A model generated the notes under the pieces. It ran no database searches. It was not told the origin of the DNA and saw nothing but the letters and a program-made list of their open reading frames with translations. Positions 30,699 through 45,737 of a stretch of DNA of 64,000 nt are shown piece after piece. The position numbers and the translations under genes are program-made. How positions within the stretch are numbered: the first letter of the stretch is position 1; each line of letters starts with the position of its first letter. The stretch comes from Chrysomallon squamiferum (taxonomy: Eukaryota; Animalia; Mollusca): the NCBI GenBank assembly GCA_012295275.1, contig CM022674.1, positions 15,500,001 to 15,564,000 of the forward strand. The letters are read 5' to 3'.

Positions 30699-30819
30699 CT
30701 TGAAATTTCGATGATGGCCTTATAAGCAAACTTTTTACTGAATATTTAAATATTTTTTATGATTTGCTCTTGTGCTGCTAGTCGTATTTGTAAGGATAGA
30801 GAACATCTAACATACTTCC

Positions 30820-31515
30820 GTGATTTACAAACGGGCATTTACCACAGGCATAGAATGGTAATCTTAGTTATTAACCATCGCAGAATACCAAAAGTGTCAC
30901 GTTCTTATTGTTTATAAATATGAGTAATAACACGTTTAATGTTATAATCATAGTTAACAGAATCAATCAGCATAATAACATTTCCAGAAAATCAGCTTAC
31001 CTGAGCTGTTGGACGTGTCTAGTTTCGTTTATAGGCCACACTGATTCTCTGTTATTGCTACGCATTCTTCCGGAAACTGTGCATTAGGTTTGAAGTCATG
31101 GCAAACGGAACGCAACGTCCGGCCATGGCATTTTGCGCTTGCACACTAACATGAAATGGCTGTAGAGCTTTCATTCGATTTATTTATCTATGTGTTTATT
31201 TAGAGATGATACTTTAAAAATGCACCTGGCAATTATATCAGATATATACATATATACACGTATTAGTTTAAAATACTGATACTGTTGTTTTACATTGAAT
31301 TATTTATTTATTTCTGTTGTAGCTATCGTTATTCTTGCTGCTGCTATTTTCATTACTGCTGTTGTTGTTATGATTTGTTTTTTTTTCTGTCTGAAATACT
31401 GATATCGTGTCCGTAAATAAAGATAACGAATGGGCAGGTCTGTTATCGCTATTGGTTGTACTTTAATGATCTGCTATTTGTCTGAACACCGAAAAAAAGT
31501 TTGATATCACTAAAA
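30820..31515 (-). promoter_or_regulatory. Orphaned PARP-type promoter / first exon without a gene body
   Basis: Homologous to 13600-13930 and 26540-26690; canonical donor gctcag|gtaagc at 31001. The coding exon is missing and the block begins about 120 bp from the inversion breakpoint. Confidence 0.6.
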
Positions 31516-31603
31516 AAATGAATAGTGATTAAAAGAAATAAATATCTGGAGATTTTTAAAGAATCTTTAAGTATTTTTTTATAAGAGCACATTAAATCTG
31601 TTA

Positions 31604-31657
<54 letters not shown>

Positions 31658-32919
31658 CGCAATATAATAAGGTCATGGTTTATTTTAAGTGTACTTCCTG
31701 TTGTAGTAGTAGTAATGGTAGAAGTAGTAATAGTAGTAGTAGTTGGTGTAGTAGGAGTAGTAGTAGTAGGAGTAGTAGGAGGAGTAGTAATAATAATAAT
31801 AATAATAATAAAGGACTAGATAAATTATAAGCAGTTTAAGTTAACAGATTTTGTCTCGCTTGACAACAGGAACGACTAGCTATGAAGAACATTCGCTTGA
31901 AAAGCCTTTATGCGAGTAAAGCTGGAATTTTAAAGCCGAGGTGACTGAAAATGACACGACCTTTATGGAGAAGCGGCCTAGAGAGGCCTTGCAAAGTCGC
32001 AGTACATCGCGGTCTTTCGCGGTCTTTAACCGACCGTTTGGTGTATTTCGCTTTTGTGTCGTGCAAAATTTATTGGGTTTTGTTTAATTTTGATTTTTTT
32101 TTATAAAATCCAACACCCACTCCATTACATAAAATGATTATCATATTACGTTAGTGCAAAGAAAGAGTGATATATTTGTCGTTTCTTCATGTGTTATAGT
32201 TAACTCTTTCGTTTGTGGGTTGCTGCTGTTTTTTTTAATTGTTTTTATTATTATTATTATGATGATGATGATTATTATTATTATTATTATTATTTTATTT
32301 ATTGTCTTTTTCTTTCGATCTGTTTCTTTTTTAAAATGTATTTGCTGTGAATGTCATAAGCAAGGTAAATCTTCTTACTGGAAGTTGTGGACATACCACT
32401 AGTTTACATAAACGTAGCTTCACATTCCTAAATACTGCCTGTTAATCGTAGCAGAGGTTATAGTATAAATATCAGTTGTAACAATAGTAGTAGTACGTTA
32501 TAGTAGTGGTAGTAGTTATAGCAATAATTGTCGAGGAAGTAGAAGTGAATATTTGGCTGTTTATATATACACAAAGTAAAATAAAGAATGTATGAAGGCG
32601 TATTTTACAGTGAAAATCAAGACAAGGACCACACGACATTTCTTTCATGTTTACACTACCAGATTACTTCTTGCTACGTTCCTTGAAATATCGGTTAAAG
32701 GTGTTAATTTTTAAATGATCTCTATGAATGGCTTGTAATTTCCCTGACACCTAGCTTCAAATGTCCAACATAAGTTTCTATACATTAATTTTACAGCTGG
32801 TTTAGTTTTCGATTTTTATATTTGTTTCTACTTTCTAACTGCTGCATACCTGTAGAAATGGACGAAGTATACCTACTAGGTTTCGGTAAATAATTTCATA
32901 TTGTTTTATATCTTTACAG

Positions 32920-33610
32920 CGCATTTTTACGGCACATTATTTGACGACAATTTCAGAAGATGTGTGGAATCTTCCAGTATCTCAAGAACGGATTGCTTCA
33001 ACCAAAACTGGAATCGGCGAAAAAACAGTTCAAACTGGAGTCAGCGAACCAACAACCCGAACTGAAATCGTCGCCCTAACCGAAACCAGTTTCAGCAGAT
33101 TCCCAGATTTACGAGACCCACTTCAGACAAAGATGGCAGACAGCCACTTCGTCATGGCAACACTGGACCAGTCACATGTCGCCTACAAGAAGGACGTGGT
33201 CGAGACAGACGACAAGGTGGCCATGGTCTCGCCGTACAACACGAAGACCTTGGACAAGAGGCACAGTGAGACCAGTTCCAAATCAGGGTAAAATAGTATT
33301 TACTTTGTTACTTACTAACTTACTGTGTCTTTGTCTTCGTTGGATTGCTTTGTCATTATTCATTGTCCGTCTATCTATCTGATGAGTTACCGTTTTCAGT
33401 TATATATAATTATAAACTGTTTTCAGGTGGTCGGGAATTTGTCAGCTTGTGTCAAACGGCTGTAACTTCATTAACAGAATTGACTGTCAACAACTTCAAC
33501 GCGACGTCAACTTCTGGCTAACAAATCAGGCGCGGACCTATTGCAAGAACTGCCAACTGAACATTCCCACTATCAACATTCGGTGTTCCCAGGGACCTGT
33601 ACGTGAATAA
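32920..33610 (+). CDS. Candidate two-exon gene for an unrecognised protein with a six-cysteine C-terminal domain
   Basis: Exon 32920-33287 (tctttacag| acceptor, open in phase 0, internal aagATGg at 33133) joins across a 139-bp GT-AG intron in phase 2 to exon 33427-33610, giving ...LDKRHSETSSKSGWSGICQLVSNGCNFINRIDCQQLQRDVNFWLTNQARTYCKNCQLNIPTINIRCSQGPVRE*. Both exons are clearly more GC-rich than their flanks. Confidence 0.6.
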
Positions 33611-34951
33611 GTTAACCAATAGGTACGAATACTCACAGAATACAAAACTTTTCATTTATTTACATTTTAAAAACATTATAATAATGATATATTATTATGT
33701 TGTGATACATTTAAATAGTTGTCCGAGTATATATGTGTGCATGTGTGTGTATGTGTATACGTAGAATTATTTTCAGCTATCTTTCCAAGTTTACATACAT
33801 ATTATATTTCTTGTCATCGCATTTCAAACTCTGAAAACTCTGAATGCATATATATATGTATAAAAGATGATTTATTTATTTATTTTCTTGTTTTTCTTTC
33901 TTTTATTTTGCAGATAATATAGCTGAAAAACAGTTACAAACAAGAAACACACACACATATACACATAATAAATGGTTTTAGTCAAAACAGAACATAGAAT
34001 TTTCTTTTCTCTTACTTAAACATTACTGCTGAATCTGATGCAAAACATTCATACTCAACAACAAAATAATAATTACAGTGCAGTGTGTTATCTAAATCTT
34101 CTACGATAATCGTTGCTGTTTATATCGATATCGTCGATTAATTGCGGTCTCTGGTTATTCGGAAGACGATTAGGGTCAAAATCAAAGGGAGACGACTTGC
34201 TAGCGACAAATCTCTGAAGCTGAGACAATACAAATACTAAAACATTAAAAAAAATAAAAAAATAAAAATGAATAAATAAAGAAATTAATTAATAAATGAA
34301 TAGATAAAAATAAACAACACCGAACTAAAACACACAAATGAACTCACCACAGATTATCAAACGCAATAACATTTTCACAAGTGACGTTTTTCAGTCTGTT
34401 TCAATTTTCTGTTTCACTTCTCACGCCCAGTTCACAGCTTGAACCTTCTCAGACTTTTTTTTTGTTTGTTTAACCTCATGACGAGTCACAACAGGTGAAC
34501 GTGTTAATACCCAGTGATTATAGAAAACCACACAGTTAGTTTTTACAGTCGTTAAATATACAGACCGGCTAGTTCCGCGTTCCAGGTTTTCTTCCGTACA
34601 GATCCATTAAAAATTAAATGTTTGTGGTTTTATTACAGAGGTAGATATTAAATTAATTTACTGCAAGCTACTGCTTTTGCTGAAATACGGCAGAAGGAAA
34701 TTCAAAAAAAAAGGAAGAAATAAAAAATAAATAAAAAAGTTAAAGTTTGATTTGTTTACCGATGGGATTTATCTTTTATATCGGCTTTTTAATGTGATAC
34801 GTTTATTGATAGGTTTAATCTTTTTATTTATTTATTTATTTAATACAAATAAACAAACACAAAAAGTATTTTTAAAAAGTAATAAAAAATAATAATAAAT
34901 CAGTACTAATTATAAAGTAAAAACAATGATGATGGAAAACCACAGTGTAAA

Positions 34952-35002
<51 letters not shown>

Positions 35003-35124
35003 CTAACGAAGAAACAAACTATTAAAAGCAATCTATACTTCACGTTTTGGCGTTCTGAAGCTAAAATAAAGAGGCTTTTGTGTGTTCCTAGATGGTCTTA
35101 AAAGCAAAGCACAACTTTGTTTTC

Positions 35125-35295
35125 GCGTACAACAATAGCTCTGACGTCATTTCTACTGTGTCGTTACAGGTATATTATTATCTCCGGAATTTGTCGCGCA
35201 GAATGGCATCATTAGTTACTATATATTATTATTTGACGAGTGTTGGTACTGCGTGTAGTTCCGGTTCTCAATGATCATGCGCAGTAGCTGTCGAA
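35125..35295 (-). pseudogene. Highly diverged Tdc-like last-exon remnant
   Basis: Retains aacaatagctctgacgtcat and tgatcatgcgcagtagct, which match the reverse complement of the other Tdc fragments at roughly the right spacing. Confidence 0.6.
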
Positions 35296-35844
35296 TTACG
35301 AACAAGTTAACGGTAACTATTTGATAAATAACAAGCAGAACTCGTTTATCCGTTATTATTAATGATTTATATATTTATTTATTTATTTTCTTTAATTTTC
35401 CTTCATTTTCTTTTCGTTATTTATTAATAAAATTAAATATAGTGAGAACAAATTATAAAAACCACCACCAACAAAAATAATAATTATTGTTGTTAAGTAG
35501 TGATAGTAAATGAAGTATTTATATCAAATTAAAAATAATGCATTCATTTAAATTTGATATGATTAACATATTTGAGTCTGAATACAGGTAAGTATTTGTA
35601 CCTTCTAACCCCGACTCCGAAGAGGAATATTCTCCATTAATTCAATCATTAAACGTGAAAATGTTAATAAAAACGAAAACACTTGCAATTTGTAATAAAT
35701 ATTTTTATTAAATGTCGATATTGTACAATGCATAACATGTTAATGATTCCAACAATAGCTCTCCACAAATCTAATAGTTATACAAATTATCCTTTTACAT
35801 AATCACTGTGCGTAACGTTGACTGCTTTAAAATTATCTCTAGAG

Positions 35845-36632
35845 TATATTCATAAAACCACGAAACACGTTTAGCTTCTACAGGAAGACTGGTTTCTTTC
35901 ATCAGATTCGAGATCTCTGCACGTCCATTAAATTTTTCAAGAAGAATGTTGAATACTTTGTCAATAATTTCATCATGTTTAAGGTTATCCAAATTTCCAT
36001 TAGTTCAGGAAGAACAGAGACTTGATAGTGATTTTCTTCTTCCTGTTAAACCTGTACTGCTGACATCTGTGTTATCTTTGAATATAATTCCTTCATTTGT
36101 CACTGTTGTTTCGTCTTTTTCTGGTTGTTGGTGTTTCACATTTTTTCGCCGTCTTCTGTTGGGTTTTGTGGGTGTAGAAACTTCTGAACCTTTATTATCA
36201 TTACTGTCAGACTCTGCAGCAGCTGTCGAGAATAAACTAGTCTGTGAAGCTGTTTTTGGTTTAACCTTTGGTCAGTCTGAAAACTGTCTGTCAGATTATC
36301 TCTGCTATGCTTTTCACGTGGACCTCTTTTCTCCATATCTGTTTCTTGTGTTGTTTTTAGTAGAATAACCTATCTTTCCTCTACCTCTACATAAACCATC
36401 GTTTTTCTCTACACCTAGCATTTTGACATTCCCTGTTTTTTTGTATGTTCGAATGTTTTCAAAATTTCCTCTTCACCTGCTCCTTCGTATGTTGTAGAAA
36501 ATAGTGTAGTCTGTAACACTGACCTTCGTTCTAAATATCTACGCACTTTGTCAGGTTCTGGAAAATCATTTTTGTAACGTCATCAACTTGTTTCAAAGGC
36601 ATTAGTATCATCATTTCATCAAAATAAAACAT
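35845..36632 (-). pseudogene. PARP12/ZAP-like copy E: frameshifted 5' fragment of exon 1 only
   Basis: MEKRGPREKHSRDNLTDSFQTDQRL... and EIIDKVFNILLEKFNGRAEISNLMKETSLPVEAKRVSWFY lie in different frames. Homology stops before the zinc fingers at about 35845. Confidence 0.9.
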
Positions 36633-37471
36633 AGTTCTGAAATAATATTTAACATTCTATCAGTTTTTACTCTGAAATCTTCACAAGCTGTGGCATTTTC
36701 ATCATTAAATATAAATATGGCTCGTTTTTAAAAAGTACCTTTAACAGTGAATTATAAAAACTTAGGTCAGTTCTATTTGCAAAATTCTATCTGCTAAGCA
36801 TTACAGGTGTTTCTTCTACATGATTAAATCCACTGAAAATAAAATTATGAATATAAAATACACAATCGATATTTAAAAATTAATAAGATTCCTTGTGCTT
36901 ATACATTTTTAAATATCTCTCAGGTCAACCTAACACGAGAACGATAGCAGTACTCATGTCTCCTGTACTCTATCCATATTGATACCAAAGTGTCTTTTTT
37001 AGCTGTTTCATTTCTTGTCCGTTATTTTCTGAAGATTATATATATATATATAAGCGAAAAATAATAAGCTCAATAATATAATCATTCTAAACAGCATTAA
37101 GTTTCACATAAATGTAGGCAGATTTCTCCATGCCCGTGCTGAGATCGACGATATGCGGCCAGATCCTTCATGTGGAGAGGGCGTAAAATAACAACAGCAG
37201 CAACAACAACAACAATAATAATAATATGTATACGTACCATGATTTCAGATTATTCGTACCATGATGTTATCGTGTGATATGATCAGTCTGCATAATAAAC
37301 ACATAAATGTCCTGACGTACTTTTATCTTCAGAAAATCAGTTCACCTGATCTGTTAGAAGTTTCTACTTTCATTTGTTGTTGACAACCATTCTTTGTTTT
37401 GCAACGCATTCTTCCGGTGTCTCGCGCGTTCGGTTCGAAATCATGACAAACGGGTCCCACCGTCCGGCCAT

Positions 37472-37615
<144 letters not shown>

Positions 37616-37851
37616 CTATACTGAAATACTGACATAATGACGTAAAAAAGATATTGAATAAAGAGGCCTCTTATCAGTTGAACAAAAGTCGGTCAGATAT
37701 GTAGACACACGGCATGCTATTTTTATTATTCATTATGTCCGTGGCTTAGCTTTTGCTCCAGATTTAAATTAAATAAATAAATATAGATCCTCGCAGCTGA
37801 ATTAGATTGTTTGCTGTTTCTCGAAACTCAAAATAATCTATCTATCTATCA

Positions 37852-37889
<38 letters not shown>

Positions 37890-38277
37890 GTATTTATCTA
37901 TCTATCTATCTACTATCTATCTATCTATCTATATATATATATATTTTTTAATGTAAGCGTACATTAAATCTGTTAAGCTTCTGATGAAAATATAGGATGT
38001 ATAAGTAATGATAATAGTAATAATAATAATAACAACAACAACGACAGCAACGATAATTAATAAATAATATGCCTGACATTAATTTTAAAATTTTATAATG
38101 TCATGTGGATTTATTTATTTCTTCTTTGTTTCATCCACTCTTGTTATTCGTTCATTCTTTTATATGAACATAGTACCTGATCTTTCAGGGCACTAAGGTC
38201 AACAGAACAATAAAATAATTAATATTTCTGAAATATTCTTGCTAAATTAATTAATTAATAATTTGTTCATTTACGAG

Positions 38278-39326
38278 CACTGGGAAATACCTTTGAGCAG
38301 GCGTTTCGATTTCTGAAACTTTGGTTCTTTTTACGAAGCTACGGCGTTGAAGGGCTTCAGCGTCGTAAAAGGGAGGTAAGTCTCACAGTCATATTTGGAG
38401 AAATAGCAAAGTTCTCGTTCTTAAAGGAAACGAACGGAGTGTATAATTGTTAGTAACAATAGCGTTAACAAATAATGATGATGATGATGATGATAGAAAT
38501 AGTAATAGCAATGATAACAAAAATTATGATTAATAAAACAAATTAAGTTATAAGTCGGGTATATTATATTAGATTTGTCTTTTTATCTTAAATAAAACTA
38601 TTTTAATAAAACAAGTCATACCGCTTGGCTATTTTTATTTTATATATTTTTCACAACTTTATTGAATCTTCGACGTCGAAGGGCTTCAGCATCGTTTAAG
38701 GGAGGTAAGTCTCACAGTCAGATTTGATGAAAAAGCAAAGTTCTCGTTCTTGATGAAACGAATAGCCTTTATAAATGTTAGTAACAAGAACATTAACAAT
38801 AGTAATGATGATAATCATGATAAAAATAATAACAAAAATTATCATTAACAAAACAAATTAACTTACAAATGGGGTAAATCATATCAAATTTGTCTTTAAA
38901 TCTTTAGTAAAACCTCAGATGAGTTTAAATAAAATAATTCTTACCACTTGGCTATTTTTTACCTTTTTTATAAGTTTATTATTTTAAATTATGTAGTACT
39001 ATATAAAATGGGAAATGTAGGATCCATTTCAATAAAAGATCATCAAGTAATTATTGACAAATACATATGATTTATATTTAAATATATACAAGTAAATGTG
39101 GTGTATATTATATAGTTACAAGTAACACAAGGTTGTTTTAGTTATTTGCTTTTATTTGTATGTATTGTTATCTGTGTTATTTTTTGTGAAGTCTTCTTTA
39201 AAATATGAATTAAAGACCCACATTGATCATCTTCACAATATCAGTAATAATCACCACAGTGTCCGTGTTTGGCTGAGAGTCTACGTTTACTCTATGTAAA
39301 TGAGTTAACTGTCTATGATTTTATTA

Positions 39327-39360
<34 letters not shown>

Positions 39361-40300
39361 GTATGACACCGACAATGTGTTTTCTTTCAAAAAAAAAATG
39401 ATTACCTTCTTAGCAATGGTTCTTTGCTTTCTTGAAACATGTATTTTCGCACGATTTTAATATATATTTTAAAATTATTATTATTCAACATGTTCGTCTG
39501 GCGAAGCTGTTTGAAAGTCTGGTAGAAAAAGATGATCGGTTTGAAATACTCGGAGAAGTTATCATGGGTCTCGTTTTGTTTCCTTCTTAAGGTCAGGATT
39601 AAATTATAATTAATGTTCGCTAGAATGAGATATTTATTTGTTTATTCATTTATTACCTGAAAGAAAATACAACATATGTAATAATAATAAAAGCACTAAT
39701 AAAATAATAATGGTAACAAATTAAAAAATAATAAAAATTGATAATGAGGAAAAGAAATATAAGTCAGAAAAAAAAATCTATAAATCATTTAAAATAATCT
39801 GCAATTAACCAAAATAATATTTCTTTTCAAGAGGCCCAACTCTTTAACTCAGAAGCTACTGCGCATGATCAGTGAGTCATGTAAGCTACACATGAGACCA
39901 ACATTAATCAACGAACAGTTTGTTATTCGGTTCGCCATTTGCGCGGAAAGAGCCTGCGACAAAGATATCACCTATGCTTGGGACGTCATAGTAGAGATGA
40001 CGTCAGAGCTATTGTTACACCGTCGCGACAGCAACCGACAAGCTGAGAAGGAAGTTCTTGAAGAGAGTTTGAGTGATTCTGAAGACGAGGTTTTCCCCGA
40101 GTTCGATAATGAGATGATATTCGACAATCAGAGATGCAATCTACAAAGAGCACGGCTGCGGAGAAATCTGTTTTTGAAGATGGTCTCCGATCCCAAATCG
40201 TATCACCACAGGTGTTCAAATCTCTCGATATTGATAACATGAGGATCAGAAGTCAGTCAATAGGTGAGAGGGATTCCTTTGTAGTAATGGCTGCTGTTCG
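38278..40300 (+). pseudogene. Tdc-like 3' fragment psi4 (three exons)
   Basis: Exons 38278-38375, 39489-39591 (acceptor AG mutated to AA; frameshift) and about 39832-40300 (PNSLTQKLLRMISESCKLHMRPTLINEQFVIRFAIC...KMVSDPKSY). Confidence 0.88.
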
Positions 40301-41369
40301 GTAAGCGTAGAATTTATTTACTATAAGTATTGAAATTAAAGAAGGAAAATATAGATTTCAGATGGAAACTTATTTAGTTTTTTAATCTGTACGCTTTCAT
40401 TTTCAGTTATTTTTTATTTTTTTTCTATTTACTTACTGTAATTTTTATCATTAAAAACAAGGAACTGTTTAATGTCCCGCTCAGGAAAAAAAAATAATTC
40501 ATAAGTATTAACTGAGTTTTTATAAAATCTTAAAGTTACTGAGAGAAACTGAAAGTGACTAAACTACTGATTCGCAGCAAGAGTTTTATGTGCATCTTTC
40601 CATAGACAGAAAAGCACAAACCACAACCTTTTATAAACACACTGATTAGTATTAATGCAGCCATCCAGCGAAACAGACCTGAAACTTACCTCACTTTTTT
40701 TGTTCATTTATTAAAATATTATTTTCTATAAATAATTATTTGAACCTGGTTAATAATTACATATTCTGTTACAAATGACATTTGCCAATTTTTCTTTTGT
40801 TTGTTTGTTTTAAAGGAAACTTTGGGGTTCACTGATTCTATGAGGATAAGGACAGGAGGGTTCAATGTCCCAGTGTTAATAATAATAACAGATTTATATA
40901 AAATTAAATACTGGGGTGATGCTAGAATCTAATGCTTAGATGTTTCAGGGTCTCTGTTGTGGTGTTTAGACGTGAAACTGCTCATAATACTTTAGCCATA
41001 GATCACATTTAAACAATAAACTGTAGACAGTTTGAAACATTATTATTTTGCTTTTCTAAAACAACTAAACTAAAGGTATAATGTGTGTGTTTTATTTTTG
41101 TTTTCTTTCTCTCTGAAAATCACTTTATGTACCTTGATTGAATTCGGTCAGTACACTTTTCCAGTTACAGCATTTTGTTGTTAATGCTTGTTTTAAAGAA
41201 ATTAATGGTTAAATACATACATACACACACACAGACACACGCAAACACACACGCACACAAACAAAAATAAAAAATAAATAAATAAAGCGCTGGTAGTACT
41301 TGCTCTTGTTGTTCTACTCAAAGAAAGAAAGAAAGAAAGAGGCAGTCTACTATAATAATAATAATAATA

Positions 41370-41407
<38 letters not shown>

Positions 41408-41543
41408 CTCATGACTGATCAAATCCGAAGGCTTTTGCTTTCCTCTCGAGGCGATCCGAGAAGAAATCAGTTTCAACGGCAAAGCGCTCGGATGAGTCTG
41501 GAAACTCTCTCGCTACTCGCTATCGATGTCAATTTCGCTATTA

Positions 41544-41705
<162 letters not shown>

Positions 41706-41789
41706 TAACACAAAGAAAAAAATCAATGACAATTATTATTATTGTTTTTATTTATTTATTTATAAACATCATTCTATTATTATTATTAT

Positions 41790-41820
<31 letters not shown>

Positions 41821-42814
41821 GACACTACTGCTATTGTGATTACTATTACTACTATTATTTATTTATTTATCTATCTATATATCTATCCCTGTATTTCTTT
41901 TCGTTAACATTTGATGATTCATAATTTCTTATATTTTACTTCTGAATATTAATAAAAAAAATAATTAAAAAAATGATATAATAGATATTTTGAATCTCCG
42001 TACATAATACTTTATTATAAAAATTACGTTAATTTGCATATTCATAATACGTTTGATTTTTAGATTAGCATTCACAATATATTATTATACTAATAATCAT
42101 ACATATGCTCATTTGTAATATTTGACATCTGCATATTCATAAAACCCCCACTGTATTTGCTTGTTAACAATATGTTAGTACAATAACTGTTACGTATGGA
42201 CGATAGGCTTTTTCCTTTTATAATTCAGGTCAATATTTTCATTGAATGGGAAATAACTGAACTGTGGTAAAGCTATATCAAATCCAGGCTTTGTGTGTGA
42301 TCAAAGGTCACAATAGCTTCAGGTTAAGCCTAAAATCCTGACTGATTTATCAGTCATTGTAACTGTTCAGCTTATTACTAATTTGTTATTATAATTATTG
42401 TTTCACATTTTCGTATTGACACTAATTATGATTTAACGGTTTATTTACGTCAGTTTTGAATTAAAAGTAATTTGTTATTATTAATATCATTTTACTTTAT
42501 CTTTGATTTGTTTGTTAACCATTTTTTAAAACGTCTGCTGTAAATTAGTCAATAATCATGATTTTTGTGAATAAAAAGTTTTACTCGTGTTTAGTATTGA
42601 CTAATGGACAAAAAGTGAAACTAATGTAGACAGCGTATTTCAAAAATGATTTAATTTTTTTTTCTCATTCAGTATTTTTATATGTTCATGTTTTATAGCC
42701 AGTATTTATTATCTGCCTTAGTAAGATCAGCTTTATTCATCAATTTATAGAACACTCGAGGTTCCTGTAGAAATGAAAATATTTATGAATGTGGAACATC
42801 CATTAATTCGAATA

Positions 42815-42815
42815 T

Positions 42816-42858
<43 letters not shown>

Positions 42859-44080
42859 TTCTCGGAATAAGTAATTCAACACATAACTTATGACAAGACA
42901 AAAGATGTTTATTTCTCTGATGATTTCACCGCGTGCAGTATTGAGAACATATAAACACAACGTAGTTTAAACAATATTTTCTGTAGTAATATTTTTAATT
43001 ATTATTTAATCCGAAAGACTGACTCTCTCCATGACAATATGACAAAATTCAGAAAAGTTTATATAAAAGTTATTTGATTTGGTTGTTATAAATAAATGTT
43101 GAATTGTCATTGTTTTTGGTATAGATGTATAATAATATGGTATATATTTGGTGTAAATGTACAGTAATATGGTATATATTTATTATTCTGTAAAGTAAAA
43201 TTTTCCACTTAAAAATATAGGGAAACTCATCACCAATATCAAAATTACATAACTGACATTTTCTGTGTTTCAATATTGAACTATCTACCAGGTTATATAG
43301 GAGGCTTGACATTACTAACTTTAAATAAAGTTCTACCATTCTTAATTGGCACAAAACATTTACTTGAACACACGAATATATACTACATAAACACATTCAT
43401 CTAATATAGCTATTATAGAAGCATTTATACCATGCAGCTTGGTGTTGAATTGTTAACACATCATATACACTTGCAAAACTTCAGATGAAATCTTTCACTT
43501 ATATTGCAATTACTAAAACCCCTGATTTCACATTCATATAACAATATTGGTTTTACAATTTTATGAAACTAATCTAAGTGACAGTCGATTAATAACCTCA
43601 GCGACAATTTCTTTTTCCATATGTTTATATATAAATCTGTTTTTAATTTTCCTGTGGAAAAAAAATAATTTTTGACATGGCAGCATTAACTTTTGATTTC
43701 CATGTTTTGCAATTCATTTCGAAACAGTGCACGTAATGTTGTAAGTTTTCTGTTCCTTCTCCTAAATTGTACAGTATCATCAGCATATAACTTCAGATAT
43801 GCATTAATATTTTTCTCCAGAAAATCTGTCATCAATTTAATACCTTTGCAGTTTTCTGTAGGAAAACAATCTCTTAAAGCATTTAAATATAATGAAAATA
43901 AAACAGGTCAGAAGTTTTCCCCTTCCCTTATTCCAATAAACCAAGGAAAATTTCCTGATTCAAAGCCGTTATGTACAATTTTTGATTTTATACCGTTGTA
44001 CATATTAAATATTATTCTGAAACATTTCCCATTAGTATCTTAATATATTTTGCCATTGTTTTTAATAACGAAATGAAAGT
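42815..44080 (-). mobile_element. Degraded LINE reverse-transcriptase fragment with (TAAA)n tail
   Basis: Minus strand reads KCFRIIFNMYNGIKSKIVHNG..GIREGENF*PVLFSLYLN..YLKLYADDTV and RKCQLCNFDIGDEF. (TTTA)n at 42815-42860 marks the 3' end. Confidence 0.8.
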
Positions 44081-44618
44081 AGGTAGTACAAAACTGTTAT
44101 CAGTTTGTAGAGAACCCTGTCGAAAACCAGACTTATTTTTTTTCCAGTAATTCAACATAAATATGTAGAAAAAATATATTCATTAATGATTATATGATTT
44201 ACTGTCAAGAAAGACAGAAAAATGATGTTGACGATGATTACGATAATGATAATGACATTGATAATAATGATAATAATGATAACAATATAAAAACAGTAAA
44301 ACAAACAAAAATAAGAACAATAATAATAATATATAACTACTACTACTATTACTAATAATAATAAGAAGAAGAAGAAGAAGAAGAAGAAGAATACTGTAAA
44401 TATGAAAAAGTAAATCATCAATAAGTATTATTGTTAAAAAGATCACATTAAATTACTTAATGATGATAATTTGTGTTACTGTGATTGTATTGAACATTCA
44501 AGAAATCGTTTCTACCTAAGCTACACTTATATTTAAATCTGTCTATGTACCAATCCATCACGAACACATACATATGTTAATAATCTAAATACATACAGAT
44601 TATCATGCAAACATAAAT

Positions 44619-44665
<47 letters not shown>

Positions 44666-45737
44666 CATTTATACCTACTGAATACATTAACTGTATAAAC
44701 TCACTCACACACATACATACATACATAATAAATCTGTATGATCTGTTTCAAAACATTAATACTAAAATCGGTGTGTTCGAATCAATGAATGTGGGGTGGA
44801 TAGATCGATAGATGCATTGGTGGATGGATAGAGAGAAACAGGGATTATGGAAATGCTTGAAGAAAAATAGTTGTGTATTTGTTTACAATACAATATACAA
44901 ACACACATAAACACAACACACAAGATATAATACAAATAACAAAAAAAAATATATATATATATAATAACACACACACAGTGAGAACAATAATAAAAATACA
45001 AAAATAAAAAAAATATAAAAAAATAAATAATTAACAAGAAACAATACCAAAAGATACAACCAAAAAACATTAGTTGATAAATGCACAAATTAATTATTCA
45101 AAGATAGAGAAATCAAGTTACAAATGATCATTTCCATGATGACTGTTATTCGAATAAACGTAAATGCATATAGCATTCTTGTAGTCTTAAATTTCGTTCA
45201 ATTAAATTGAAAAAATCAATAAGAATTATACAAAAATATGCAGGATTACTACATTATTAATTACATTAACCATATTCACTGTAGCATCAAATACTTGAGC
45301 TCTGCATAGAAAACAGAAGCTTGTGTCAAACGGTTAAAGTGTTTCAGGGTTTTACCTTGTTAGACTGGCAGCGAGAGTAAAGTGGTAAAGACTTTACAGT
45401 AACAAGGTTGTGTAACCAGAAAGATATTGGTTACTAAAAACTGTAGTTGATTGTATTTAACACGTGTGGCTGTGGTAGGATCAGTTCTTTAAAAAATTGA
45501 CAGATACTTTTTGTAAGATTTTTCAAACCTCTGGAAACATTAACACAAAAATATTCATCAGCTGTTCTTCGATGCTAATTGTTGACTCTGTTTGGGAATC
45601 ACCAGAAACAGAATTTATGACATTGCTTGGAAACACCAGTAGAACTAATCAATAGTTTATTTGGTTATGTGAAATAACGATTAAAATTTCTTGATGCAAT
45701 AGGATTAATTAATTCCAGCACTGAAGTCGTTGGTAAA

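Noticed and set aside
35946-36368. 140-aa plus-strand ORF (and similar ones at 5413, 11268 and 24891)
   Set aside because: These are antisense shadows of PARP exon 1.
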